In this document: piece by piece, positions 47,948-55,424 of the stretch | How the letters are laid out: every line of letters begins with the position of its first letter | Numbering within the stretch: position 1 is the first letter of the stretch | From: Myxococcota bacterium | GTDB taxonomy: Bacteria > Myxococcota > XYA12-FULL-58-9 > JALHOP01 | Assembly: GCA_041288095.1 (NCBI GenBank) | Contig: JBGGMJ010000211.1 | Span: 63,725 to 127,724 of the forward strand | Reading direction: 5' to 3' | DNA: 64,000 nt | The notes under the pieces: model-generated | What the model saw: only the letters and a program-made list of their open reading frames with translations | The model's database searches: none | Told to the model about the DNA's origin: nothing | Translations under genes and position numbers: made by a program

Positions 47948-47975
47948 AGTATCGGCCCATACACGTCCGCGTTGC
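47948..47975 (-). promoter_or_regulatory. putative sigma28-like promoter (GCAAC-N15-CCGATACT)
   Basis: Recurring motif, about 50 nt upstream of ATG 47898. Confidence 0.55.
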
Positions 47976-48018
47976 GTCGATCGTCGCGAGCGCACAGCAT
48001 GGGCGGGGTCTCGGGTGC

Positions 48019-49263
48019 TTAGCCCTCGTCGTCGTTGACGGCGGTCTCGAGGCCGGTGTCCGCGCCCGCCTCCAAGCGCCGCTGGACGCGCTCGCGCTGG
48101 CGCGCCTTGTAACGCGGGTGGGCGTTTTCGCCGGCGTTGTTCGCGCGTTCGGTCTCGACGTCGACGAGCTGAATCTCGGCCTGCACGTAGGCGATCGCGG
48201 GCGCCTCATCGGGAGCCAAGTCGTCGATGCGGATGGGGATGTCGGCGACGAAGTTCACGCAGCGGTACGTGGCGCCGGAGAACTCGTTCTGCGGCGTCGG
48301 TGATTGGCCGTCGACACCGACCTGTGCCGATGCCCCGCCCCAGCACGACTCGACCACGTCGAGCGGCAGCTCGAGGACGCGCGCGAGGTCCGCCGGCACG
48401 ATGATGCCGTTGAGCGATTGCTCGGGCACCACGTAGTTGTACGGGAACAGCTCGCGGATCATCAGCAAGAGCGCCTGGACGATGTTCTCGCGGCTCTCGA
48501 AGACGACGCGATAGCGGAGTCGGTCGAAGATGTGCGTCGCCAAGGTGTCGCGCTTGGCGAGGAGCTTGGTGACCAGCGAGTTGCGCGTCTTCTTGCCGGC
48601 GGCGAACTCGCGCACACCCAGCTTCTGCGCCCGCAGGCGATCGACGAGCGCGAAGACCTTGGCGTTGAGCCGGTCGAGCAACTGAGCCTCGGAGATCGGC
48701 ATATTGAAGGCGAGCTCGCGGCCGGCGATGTGCTGCAAGATGTGCATGACTTTGAGCGTCATGCAGGCCGGCCGGCGCAGGCGTTGCGGTCCGAACGACG
48801 CAACCAAGAAAAGATCGTGGATGTCGGCGGGCTCCTCGACATCGGCCGGGAGCTTGTAGCCGTGCACCTCGGTCAAATACGCGACGGCGTCTTCGTGGAG
48901 CTCTTGCAAGCGGGCCATGTCGAGCGGGTTGTCGGTGTCGTAACCCGAAAGGCGCAGGAACTCGTCGACCGCTTCACGCGAACGAAACCAAGCACGGCCG
49001 CCATCGATCACGGATTCGCCGGTCAGGAGCACCCGCAGCGCGGCCAGGTCAGCGAGCCGCGGAATGGCAGAGGCGTCGCGCAACAAGTCGCGACGAATTC
49101 CGCCGAGAGGGCCCGCACCCTTCCCGTCCGCTTTAGCGGTTAGCGTATTGTTTGCGGGAGTTCCTAGCATGGCTTCGATCGAGGGCTCGGCATCGTCGTC
49201 ATGACGCGCCGCTTCCAGGGGTTCCTTCGCCCGCGAGGTGCGCGGCGTGTGATCATCCAGCAT
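48019..49263 (-). CDS. TIGR04552-like protein (RelA/SpoT-type nucleotidyltransferase fold)
   Basis: KTRNSLVTKLL, IFDRLRYRVV, NEFSGATYR, EIQLVD, HPRYKARQ. Confidence 0.75.
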   Translation of the reverse strand: MLDDHTPRTSRAKEPLEAARHDDDAEPSIEAMLGTPANNTLTAKADGKGAGPLGGIRRDLLRDASAIPRLADLAALRVLLTGESVIDGGRAWFRSREAVDEFLRLSGYDTDNPLDMARLQELHEDAVAYLTEVHGYKLPADVEEPADIHDLFLVASFGPQRLRRPACMTLKVMHILQHIAGRELAFNMPISEAQLLDRLNAKVFALVDRLRAQKLGVREFAAGKKTRNSLVTKLLAKRDTLATHIFDRLRYRVVFESRENIVQALLLMIRELFPYNYVVPEQSLNGIIVPADLARVLELPLDVVESCWGGASAQVGVDGQSPTPQNEFSGATYRCVNFVADIPIRIDDLAPDEAPAIAYVQAEIQLVDVETERANNAGENAHPRYKARQRERVQRRLEAGADTGLETAVNDDEG

Positions 49264-49287
49264 CGAAGCCCCTCGCGATGTCCTGGG

Positions 49288-49316
49288 ACTATAAGCAGCG
49301 CAACTTAGCGGTGCAA
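49288..49316 (-). promoter_or_regulatory. sigma70-type promoter
   Basis: TTGCAC-N17-TATAGT upstream of ATG 49263. Confidence 0.6.
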
Positions 49317-49406
49317 TCGAAGAACGTTGGCGTGGCGCGTCAGAACGCAGGTTTTACGTACGTGTGGGCGCGCGTCAGCGGCTCTGTCACAAACGCCAAG
49401 GCGACG

Positions 49407-50573
49407 TCACGGGGGTGAGGCGAAGCGACTGTCGGTCGTGAACGACAGATCGGTCAGCGCCGTCATAAAAGCGACCACGGCGTCGACCTCGGCGGCCGTT
49501 GCCGTGAAGGGTCGGACGAGCCCTGATTTGATCGGGCTTGCGCGTCCGTCACCCGCGAACGGTCCGTCAGCGACCTCGCGGCCACCCGCGACGTAGTGCT
49601 CGACCACCGCGCGCAAGGTCGCGACCGTGCCATCGTGCATGTAGGGCGAGGTCAGGGCGACGTTGCGTAGGCTGGGCGGGCGGAACAGGCCGCGGTGCTC
49701 GGGGTTGCCCGTCAGATCGTAGAGCCCCTGATCGTGTGCCGGATAACTGCCGTCGCCGCCGACGTTGTAGAGCCCGTTGTTGAAGAACGCGAGACGCGGC
49801 TCGGTGTCGCGTGCGTCGCGGTAGCTGCCGGTGAACAGCGAGCCGTTGTGGCAATGGAAGCACTCGAAGCGCTCGCCGAAGAAGAGCTCGGCGCCGAGCT
49901 GCTGCTCTTCGGTCATCGCCGAGTCGTCGCCAGCGAGGTAACGGTCGAAGGCGGCGCCGCGACTCACCAGGGTGCGGCAGAAGCTCGCCAAGGCGAAGAT
50001 GATGCGCTCGAGGGTGACCGTGCCATCGGCGAACGCCGCGGCGAATGCGGCGGCATAGACCGGGTCGGCACCCAGCTGCGAGAAAACGCTATCGCGTACA
50101 CCGTCGGTCAAGCCGAGCTCGATGGGGTTGTCGCTGGTGAGGGGCACGTGAATCTGCTGCTCGAGCGTGAGCAGGCCGTCGCTTGCCCACGTCAAGCTCG
50201 CTGCATAGGCCACGTTCGCGAGCCCCTGACTGTTGCGCCGAAGCAGGACGCCGGTGGAGCCAACCGAGCGGGCTCTGCCGTCGCTGAAGGCGAGCGCTTG
50301 CACGTGGCAATCGGCGCAAGCTTGCGAGCCATTGGCCGACAGCCGCCGCTCGTAGAAGAGACGACGGCCAAGCGCGACCTTCGCCGCGGTCGGCGGATTC
50401 GCCGGCGGGATGTAGGGCACTTCCATGTCGTCCGCGAGACCGAGGACGGCGCGCAGCTCGGCCTTTCGCCCCGCGTCCTCGTCCACCGGTGGCGCGTCAG
50501 CGCCGTCGCCGCCGCAACCCGGCACCGCCAGCACCACGTACAGGGCGACGAGCTTCGTTGCAGCGCGGGTCAC
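49407..50573 (-). CDS. mbnH: MbnH-family diheme (cytochrome c peroxidase/MauG-like) enzyme
   Basis: LGRRLFY..LS.NG..CADCH, CFHCH, FRPPSLRNVALTSPYMHDG; lipoprotein-like N-terminus; follows mbnP. Confidence 0.82.
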   Translation of the reverse strand: MTRAATKLVALYVVLAVPGCGGDGADAPPVDEDAGRKAELRAVLGLADDMEVPYIPPANPPTAAKVALGRRLFYERRLSANGSQACADCHVQALAFSDGRARSVGSTGVLLRRNSQGLANVAYAASLTWASDGLLTLEQQIHVPLTSDNPIELGLTDGVRDSVFSQLGADPVYAAAFAAAFADGTVTLERIIFALASFCRTLVSRGAAFDRYLAGDDSAMTEEQQLGAELFFGERFECFHCHNGSLFTGSYRDARDTEPRLAFFNNGLYNVGGDGSYPAHDQGLYDLTGNPEHRGLFRPPSLRNVALTSPYMHDGTVATLRAVVEHYVAGGREVADGPFAGDGRASPIKSGLVRPFTATAAEVDAVVAFMTALTDLSFTTDSRFASPP

Positions 50574-51484
50574 TAGCGCACCGAGAAGACCTGATTGGCG
50601 GACGCGTCGCTCGCCCCAGTCGCGATGTCGACGCCGAGGCTCGCAAAGACCGCGCCACAGTCGGGCTGCGACGGGGCCGAGTGACATTCGATGCCGGGCG
50701 CCTCACCGATGACGGTCATCGTCTCGTCACGAAGAGGCACGACGAAGTCGACGTCAGCGAGCAGCACATCGAGGTTCAGATCGATCACGCGGTTGCCGAC
50801 GCCGTTTACCTCGAGCTCGACGCGCGGCGTGTTGATGAACCCGCACGTATCACGGTCGCTCAGCGCTTTCTGGCCAGCGCTGCCGCAGTCTCGGCTGCCA
50901 ACGTGAACGTACCCTTCACCGCTGCCGTTTGGTGTCTCGACTTGAGCGTTCATCACCAAATGCCGATAGCCGCTGGCCCACGACCAATACATCTCCCGCA
51001 ACGGCGACGGCGCGCCCTCCTCGCTCGTTGCCGCGATCACCTTGCGCATGAGCGCCTGCGGCACGCCGACGTCGAAGGAGATCTTGCGGACGCTATCGAC
51101 CTTGGCGCGCGCGGTGAACGCATCGTTCACGCGGGTCGTGCCCTCCGGGAAAGCAATGGCGCCGGTGTCACACGCGCCGGTGCTCGTGTCGGTTAGATCG
51201 ATGAGCGCCACGTGGCCCTCGAGCGCGTTGTACTGAAACTCGTTGATAATGATGTTGAGGTCGATGGGCTCGTCGTCCTCGCCCGTCAGAGTCATGTTGC
51301 TGACGTAGAAGCGCAGGTCCGCGAGCTGCGCCGTCGCATTGCCGGCGGAACCGAGCCCGGTGATGGAGGTGCCGCACGCGACCTCGGCGCCGTTCGAGAC
51401 CGCCGCGAAGCGCAGCGCGAAGTCACGTGGGTCCTCGCCGCAGGCGGCGCAGGCGAGCAAGAGACAGGGAACGAAGCGCTTCAT
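50573..51484 (-). CDS. mbnP: MbnP-family copper-binding lipoprotein
   Basis: Lipobox AAC, DLRFYVS, MYWSWASGY (WxW motif), HVGS..C, CHS.P...C. Confidence 0.82.
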   Translation of the reverse strand: MKRFVPCLLLACAACGEDPRDFALRFAAVSNGAEVACGTSITGLGSAGNATAQLADLRFYVSNMTLTGEDDEPIDLNIIINEFQYNALEGHVALIDLTDTSTGACDTGAIAFPEGTTRVNDAFTARAKVDSVRKISFDVGVPQALMRKVIAATSEEGAPSPLREMYWSWASGYRHLVMNAQVETPNGSGEGYVHVGSRDCGSAGQKALSDRDTCGFINTPRVELEVNGVGNRVIDLNLDVLLADVDFVVPLRDETMTVIGEAPGIECHSAPSQPDCGAVFASLGVDIATGASDASANQVFSVR

Positions 51485-51554
51485 GGATTTCTCCTCGGAG
51501 GTCGCCGCGATAGCGTACACATGCGGGCGGCGCCAGCGGCGAAGCGTCGCAGGT

Positions 51555-51584
51555 CGAGCTAGCGGACGAGCTAGCGGACGAGCT
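51555..51584. repeat. 12-bp tandem repeat (CGAGCTAGCGGA x2.5) duplicating a stop-codon region
   Basis: cgagctagcgga cgagctagcgga cgagct. Confidence 0.85.
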
Positions 51585-52380
51585 CGTCGAGCATGGTCGA
51601 CGCCGGCGTCGGCGCGCGGCGGGCGAGCTCGAGCTGCAGGCGGATGAAGAGCTGAACGGCGTCGCTCGTCGCCTGCGTGACGTTGCCCTGCTCGACCTGT
51701 TGGCGTGCCCGCTGGATCGATTCCTTCATGCCCGCGGCATTGCCGCCGAGCGCCATCACCTGGGACACGAGCTCTCGCACGTATTCGAGGAGCCGGCGGG
51801 TCCGCGCGTGACCACCCTGCTCGAGATCGGCGACGACCGTCATCGCGTCGTCGGCGTGCTCGACGAGGGACGTCACCAGGACGACGTCTTCGGGCACGGA
51901 CGCGAGGTGCTCATCGAGGCTGCGGCGGAGCCGGCGGAGAGTCGCGAGCTCGAGACGGGCTTCGTCACGCGCCAACGACATGGAAAGGACGCTCACGACC
52001 CGCGCATCGACGACGTTGAGCACGCGATGCAAGGTCGCGGTTGCCATGGCGCTCGACGGTCCGGAAAGGCGGACGCCGACGTTCGACGTGGTTGGCGGGC
52101 CTACCGGCGTATGCTCGCCGCTCAAGCGCATGCCGATCTGCGTACGACCAGCTCGCATCACGCGCGCAGCCGGATTCGGTGTCTTCTCGCCGATGAGCCG
52201 GCGGACACGTTCCTGCACCTGACGCGGCTCGGTCTGACCCTGCTCGAGCTGACCGGCGAGCGTCTCGAGCTGATTGATGCGTTCGTCGAGGTCCGCGACC
52301 ACTTGGTCCCGCCGGCCGCGAAGGTCGGCAAGCGCGGCGGCAATGTCTCGACTCGCTTGCTCGGACGGGGTGGTGCTCAT
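51571..52380 (-). CDS. hypothetical helical/coiled-coil protein
   Basis: 269 aa, ATGA-coupled to the upstream gene. Confidence 0.65.
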   Translation of the reverse strand: MSTTPSEQASRDIAAALADLRGRRDQVVADLDERINQLETLAGQLEQGQTEPRQVQERVRRLIGEKTPNPAARVMRAGRTQIGMRLSGEHTPVGPPTTSNVGVRLSGPSSAMATATLHRVLNVVDARVVSVLSMSLARDEARLELATLRRLRRSLDEHLASVPEDVVLVTSLVEHADDAMTVVADLEQGGHARTRRLLEYVRELVSQVMALGGNAAGMKESIQRARQQVEQGNVTQATSDAVQLFIRLQLELARRAPTPASTMLDELVR

Positions 52381-53597
52381 CTCGGGTGCCCTACATCCCC
52401 CACTGGCGCTCGAAATACCAGCGTACCAAATCGGTCTAAGTTGTGAAAATCCCCCATCAAAGGGGGGGACCAGGCGCTCTCGTCACCTACCGGACGATCG
52501 CCGTCGCCCCCGGCCAGTCGCGACGCATCCTTCGCCACGCGAAAGAAGTTCACCCGCCAGCTCGTCCCCGCCGCCATCGGCATGCTCACACCGGGGATGC
52601 TCGCGAGGCCGACCCGCCACTCGCAGGACCACCCCTCGTCGGTGTCGGTCGCGTCGTCTATGCTCCCCTTGGTCACGCAAACGGCTTTGAAATCGGCGTC
52701 ATAGCCGACCTGCATGTTGCGGCGCGCGCCGCCGCTGAAGGATGCATCGAAGGTGACGCCGCGCGGGCTCGATTGCAGCTCGACGTAGCCGCCGGGCTCG
52801 CCGGCGGCAATGAACATCTCGACGGTCTCTTCGCGATAGATCGGCTCATCGTGCTTCGTCATGGTGGCGCGGATGTCGGGATCGCGGGTGGTGAAGGCGA
52901 CATAGAGCGCCTCGTCGTCCCAAGCGGCGACGATGTTGGTCTGCACGCGAGCCGGACCGTCACCGCGGCTCTTGGTGAGCCCTTCGATGCCGGCCAAGCC
53001 CTTCCAGCTTTCGTCCTCGAGCAGGCCGTCGATGAACGGCGGCTTGGCGATGCGCTGAGCCTCGTAGATCGGCTTGGGGAGCGCGCTGCCGGCCACGGCG
53101 ATGCGCCCCGCGCGCACGCGGCGCGTGCCGTCATCACGGACGGCATCATCCACCGGCAGCCGCTGCTCGCCCGCGAACAAGCCGACGCGGAGCTCGAGCT
53201 GCGCGCCGGGGAGATAGTCGGGCAGCTTCACCTCGCTGTGCGTGACGATCACCTCGCCGGGACGCCACGCGGAGGTCGGAGGCCGCGGCGTGTGATCGCC
53301 GTTCTTTACCCAACCGGCGGCGCCTTCGAGCAGGAAGTGGACGAAGACTTGATAGTCGCGCTCCAGCACACGGTCGCAGGCCCAGTAATGCACGACACCG
53401 AGCTTCGCGCCCGGCGTACCGAGAGCCGGCATCGCGACGTATCCGAGATAGCGGACAGCACCACCGCCCAGCGTAACGTCGACGGTCTGCCCGTCACGCT
53501 CGAGCAGCTTCAAGGCCGCGGCGGCGTCACCCTTGAACCGCCCGCTCTGCTGACAGGCGCACACGAGGAGCAACATGACGGTTACGGCGGACTTCAC
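52377..53597 (-). CDS. lipoprotein with CBM9-like (DOMON) sugar-binding domain
   Basis: Lipobox CAC; IDGLLEDESW, AWDDEALYVAF, EETVEMFI, WRVNFFR, WSP...FH; N-terminal YQVFVH..DH..W.PGE domain. Confidence 0.75.
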   Translation of the reverse strand: MKSAVTVMLLLVCACQQSGRFKGDAAAALKLLERDGQTVDVTLGGGAVRYLGYVAMPALGTPGAKLGVVHYWACDRVLERDYQVFVHFLLEGAAGWVKNGDHTPRPPTSAWRPGEVIVTHSEVKLPDYLPGAQLELRVGLFAGEQRLPVDDAVRDDGTRRVRAGRIAVAGSALPKPIYEAQRIAKPPFIDGLLEDESWKGLAGIEGLTKSRGDGPARVQTNIVAAWDDEALYVAFTTRDPDIRATMTKHDEPIYREETVEMFIAAGEPGGYVELQSSPRGVTFDASFSGGARRNMQVGYDADFKAVCVTKGSIDDATDTDEGWSCEWRVGLASIPGVSMPMAAGTSWRVNFFRVAKDASRLAGGDGDRPVGDESAWSPPLMGDFHNLDRFGTLVFRAPVGDVGHPR

Positions 53598-53610
53598 GCC
53601 GCAGGTTTGG

Positions 53611-55380
53611 TCATGGACGGCGCGGCGACGCAACCGCCAGAGCGTCGTTTTTCGCGGGAGGAGCCTTGGTGGCGACGGTGGCGGGCGCTTTGCCTCGTCC
53701 GGACTTCGCGGCGAGCTTGCGCGCTGCTTTCGCGGGCGGTGCCTTGGCGATGTTGGCGGGTGCCTTGGCCGGTGCCGCCTTCTCGAGGCTCGCTTCCACC
53801 GCCTGCGTGATCGCTCGGGCGAGACGCTTCTGATAGCCGGCGCTCACCAAGAGCTTTTCCTCTGCTTGGTTCGAAATGAACCCGGCCTCGATGAGCACGG
53901 CGGGCATGCGCGCGCCCAGGAGCACGTAGAACAGCGAGCTCTTCACGCCGTGGTCCTTGGCCGCGGCGTCGGCGGCGTGGGCGCTCTCGTAGACGTTCTT
54001 CTGGACCTTCTGCGCCAGCCTCTTGGCCTCGCGCACCGCGGCTTTGGTCGCGACGTCGGCGAGCGCGAGCTCGGTGTCGCTGACGCGGTCCTCGCTGACG
54101 CGGTTCTCACGAGCCGCGAGCCGCAGCGCGTAGCGGTTGCTCGTGGTGTCGAGATAGTAGGTCTCGACCCCGCGCGCCGTGCCGCTCTTGGTCGCGTTCA
54201 AGTGGATCGACACGAAGAAGTCCGCCTCGGCCTTGTTTGCGATAGCGGTGCGTTCCTCCAGCGAGACGAAGGTGTCGTCGCTTCTGGTCAACACGACCTC
54301 GAGGCCCGCGGCCCGAAGCTGCTCGGCGGTCTGCCTGGCGATGGCGAGCGCCACGTCCTTCTCGCGCGCCCCACCCGGCCCGCTGGCTCCGACGTCCTTG
54401 CCGCCGTGACCCGGATCGATGACGACGACCGACTTGGCGCGCTGGGGCGCCTTGGTCTCGGCCACCGCTGGAGGCTTGGCGGCGGCGCCCGGCGTTGGCT
54501 CGTCACCGCTGACGTCGACGACGACGCGATACGGGTTCTCGAGGATCATGATGCGCTGCTTGGCGGCGCGCGCCAGCGAGAGGGTCAGGCGCACCGTGTT
54601 GTCGTTGCGCGCTTCGGCACTGACCTTGGTGACCAGCGTATCCTCGGCCATCGGGAGTTGCAGGTCCGCGGGCAGCCGTGCCGGGCTCACGTCGACGATG
54701 AGAGAGCGCGGAGCTCCCGGCGTCGCGCCCGGAACCCAACCGCTGCGCGCTTGGGCTGCTCCCGCGAGGGTGATCGCGAGACGCGAATAGGTCGGCGTGC
54801 TCCAGCGCTTCACCTCGACGACGTCGTGCCGGTCGGCTTCGTTCTCGCGGCGGCCGAAAACCTGGGCGGCCGTCTCTTCTTTCGCGGCCGGCGTGACGCC
54901 CAGCGCGGCGAGCTTGCCCATGAGGTCGCGCGCTTTTGCCGCCATGTCCCCCGCGGCGTGACCTTCGATGATCTGCGTGACGGCACGGGCCGCCTTGGCG
55001 TCGTCGCGCCGTCGCGCATGGTAGATGACCGCCGCTGCGTACAAGGCGTCGTCGGCCAGGCTGCTCGTCGGATGCTCGCTCGCGACCCGTTCGTAGTTCG
55101 CGAGCGCCTGATCGACGTCCGACCCCAGGTGCGAGATCGCCGACAGGTCGTTCCACAGCTCGGCCGCAGTGTAGAGCGCCCGCGCCCCCTCGTCGCTCTT
55201 CGGATAGTCCTCAGCGACGCTCGTGAACGCCGCGATGGCGCGCAGCCAGTTGTGCCGGAGCTGCTGCCCGGCGGCGTTGGCCTTGAGCCGGTAGTAACTT
55301 GCCCGCGCCGCCTCGTAGCCGGCACGCGCGTCACTCGGCGCTTGCGCGGACAAGGCTACGGCGAGGACGAGGCCCAACAT
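53611..55380 (-). CDS. N-acetylmuramoyl-L-alanine amidase (TPR + AMIN + Amidase_3)
   Basis: VIDPGHGGKD, EKDVAL, LTRSDD, SIHLNA, LIEAGFISN. Confidence 0.92.
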   Translation of the reverse strand: MLGLVLAVALSAQAPSDARAGYEAARASYYRLKANAAGQQLRHNWLRAIAAFTSVAEDYPKSDEGARALYTAAELWNDLSAISHLGSDVDQALANYERVASEHPTSSLADDALYAAAVIYHARRRDDAKAARAVTQIIEGHAAGDMAAKARDLMGKLAALGVTPAAKEETAAQVFGRRENEADRHDVVEVKRWSTPTYSRLAITLAGAAQARSGWVPGATPGAPRSLIVDVSPARLPADLQLPMAEDTLVTKVSAEARNDNTVRLTLSLARAAKQRIMILENPYRVVVDVSGDEPTPGAAAKPPAVAETKAPQRAKSVVVIDPGHGGKDVGASGPGGAREKDVALAIARQTAEQLRAAGLEVVLTRSDDTFVSLEERTAIANKAEADFFVSIHLNATKSGTARGVETYYLDTTSNRYALRLAARENRVSEDRVSDTELALADVATKAAVREAKRLAQKVQKNVYESAHAADAAAKDHGVKSSLFYVLLGARMPAVLIEAGFISNQAEEKLLVSAGYQKRLARAITQAVEASLEKAAPAKAPANIAKAPPAKAARKLAAKSGRGKAPATVATKAPPAKNDALAVASPRRP

Positions 55381-55424
55381 CCCGCGACCTTACGGTGGCC
55401 GATCGGAACCCGCAAAAAACGTGC

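Noticed and set aside
49407..51484. Methanobactin biosynthetic cluster
   Set aside because: No mbnA, mbnB, mbnC or transporter genes nearby; only the mbnP/mbnH pair.
51555..51584. CRISPR or REP-like array
   Set aside because: Only 2.5 copies of a 12-mer, with no spacers and no cas genes.
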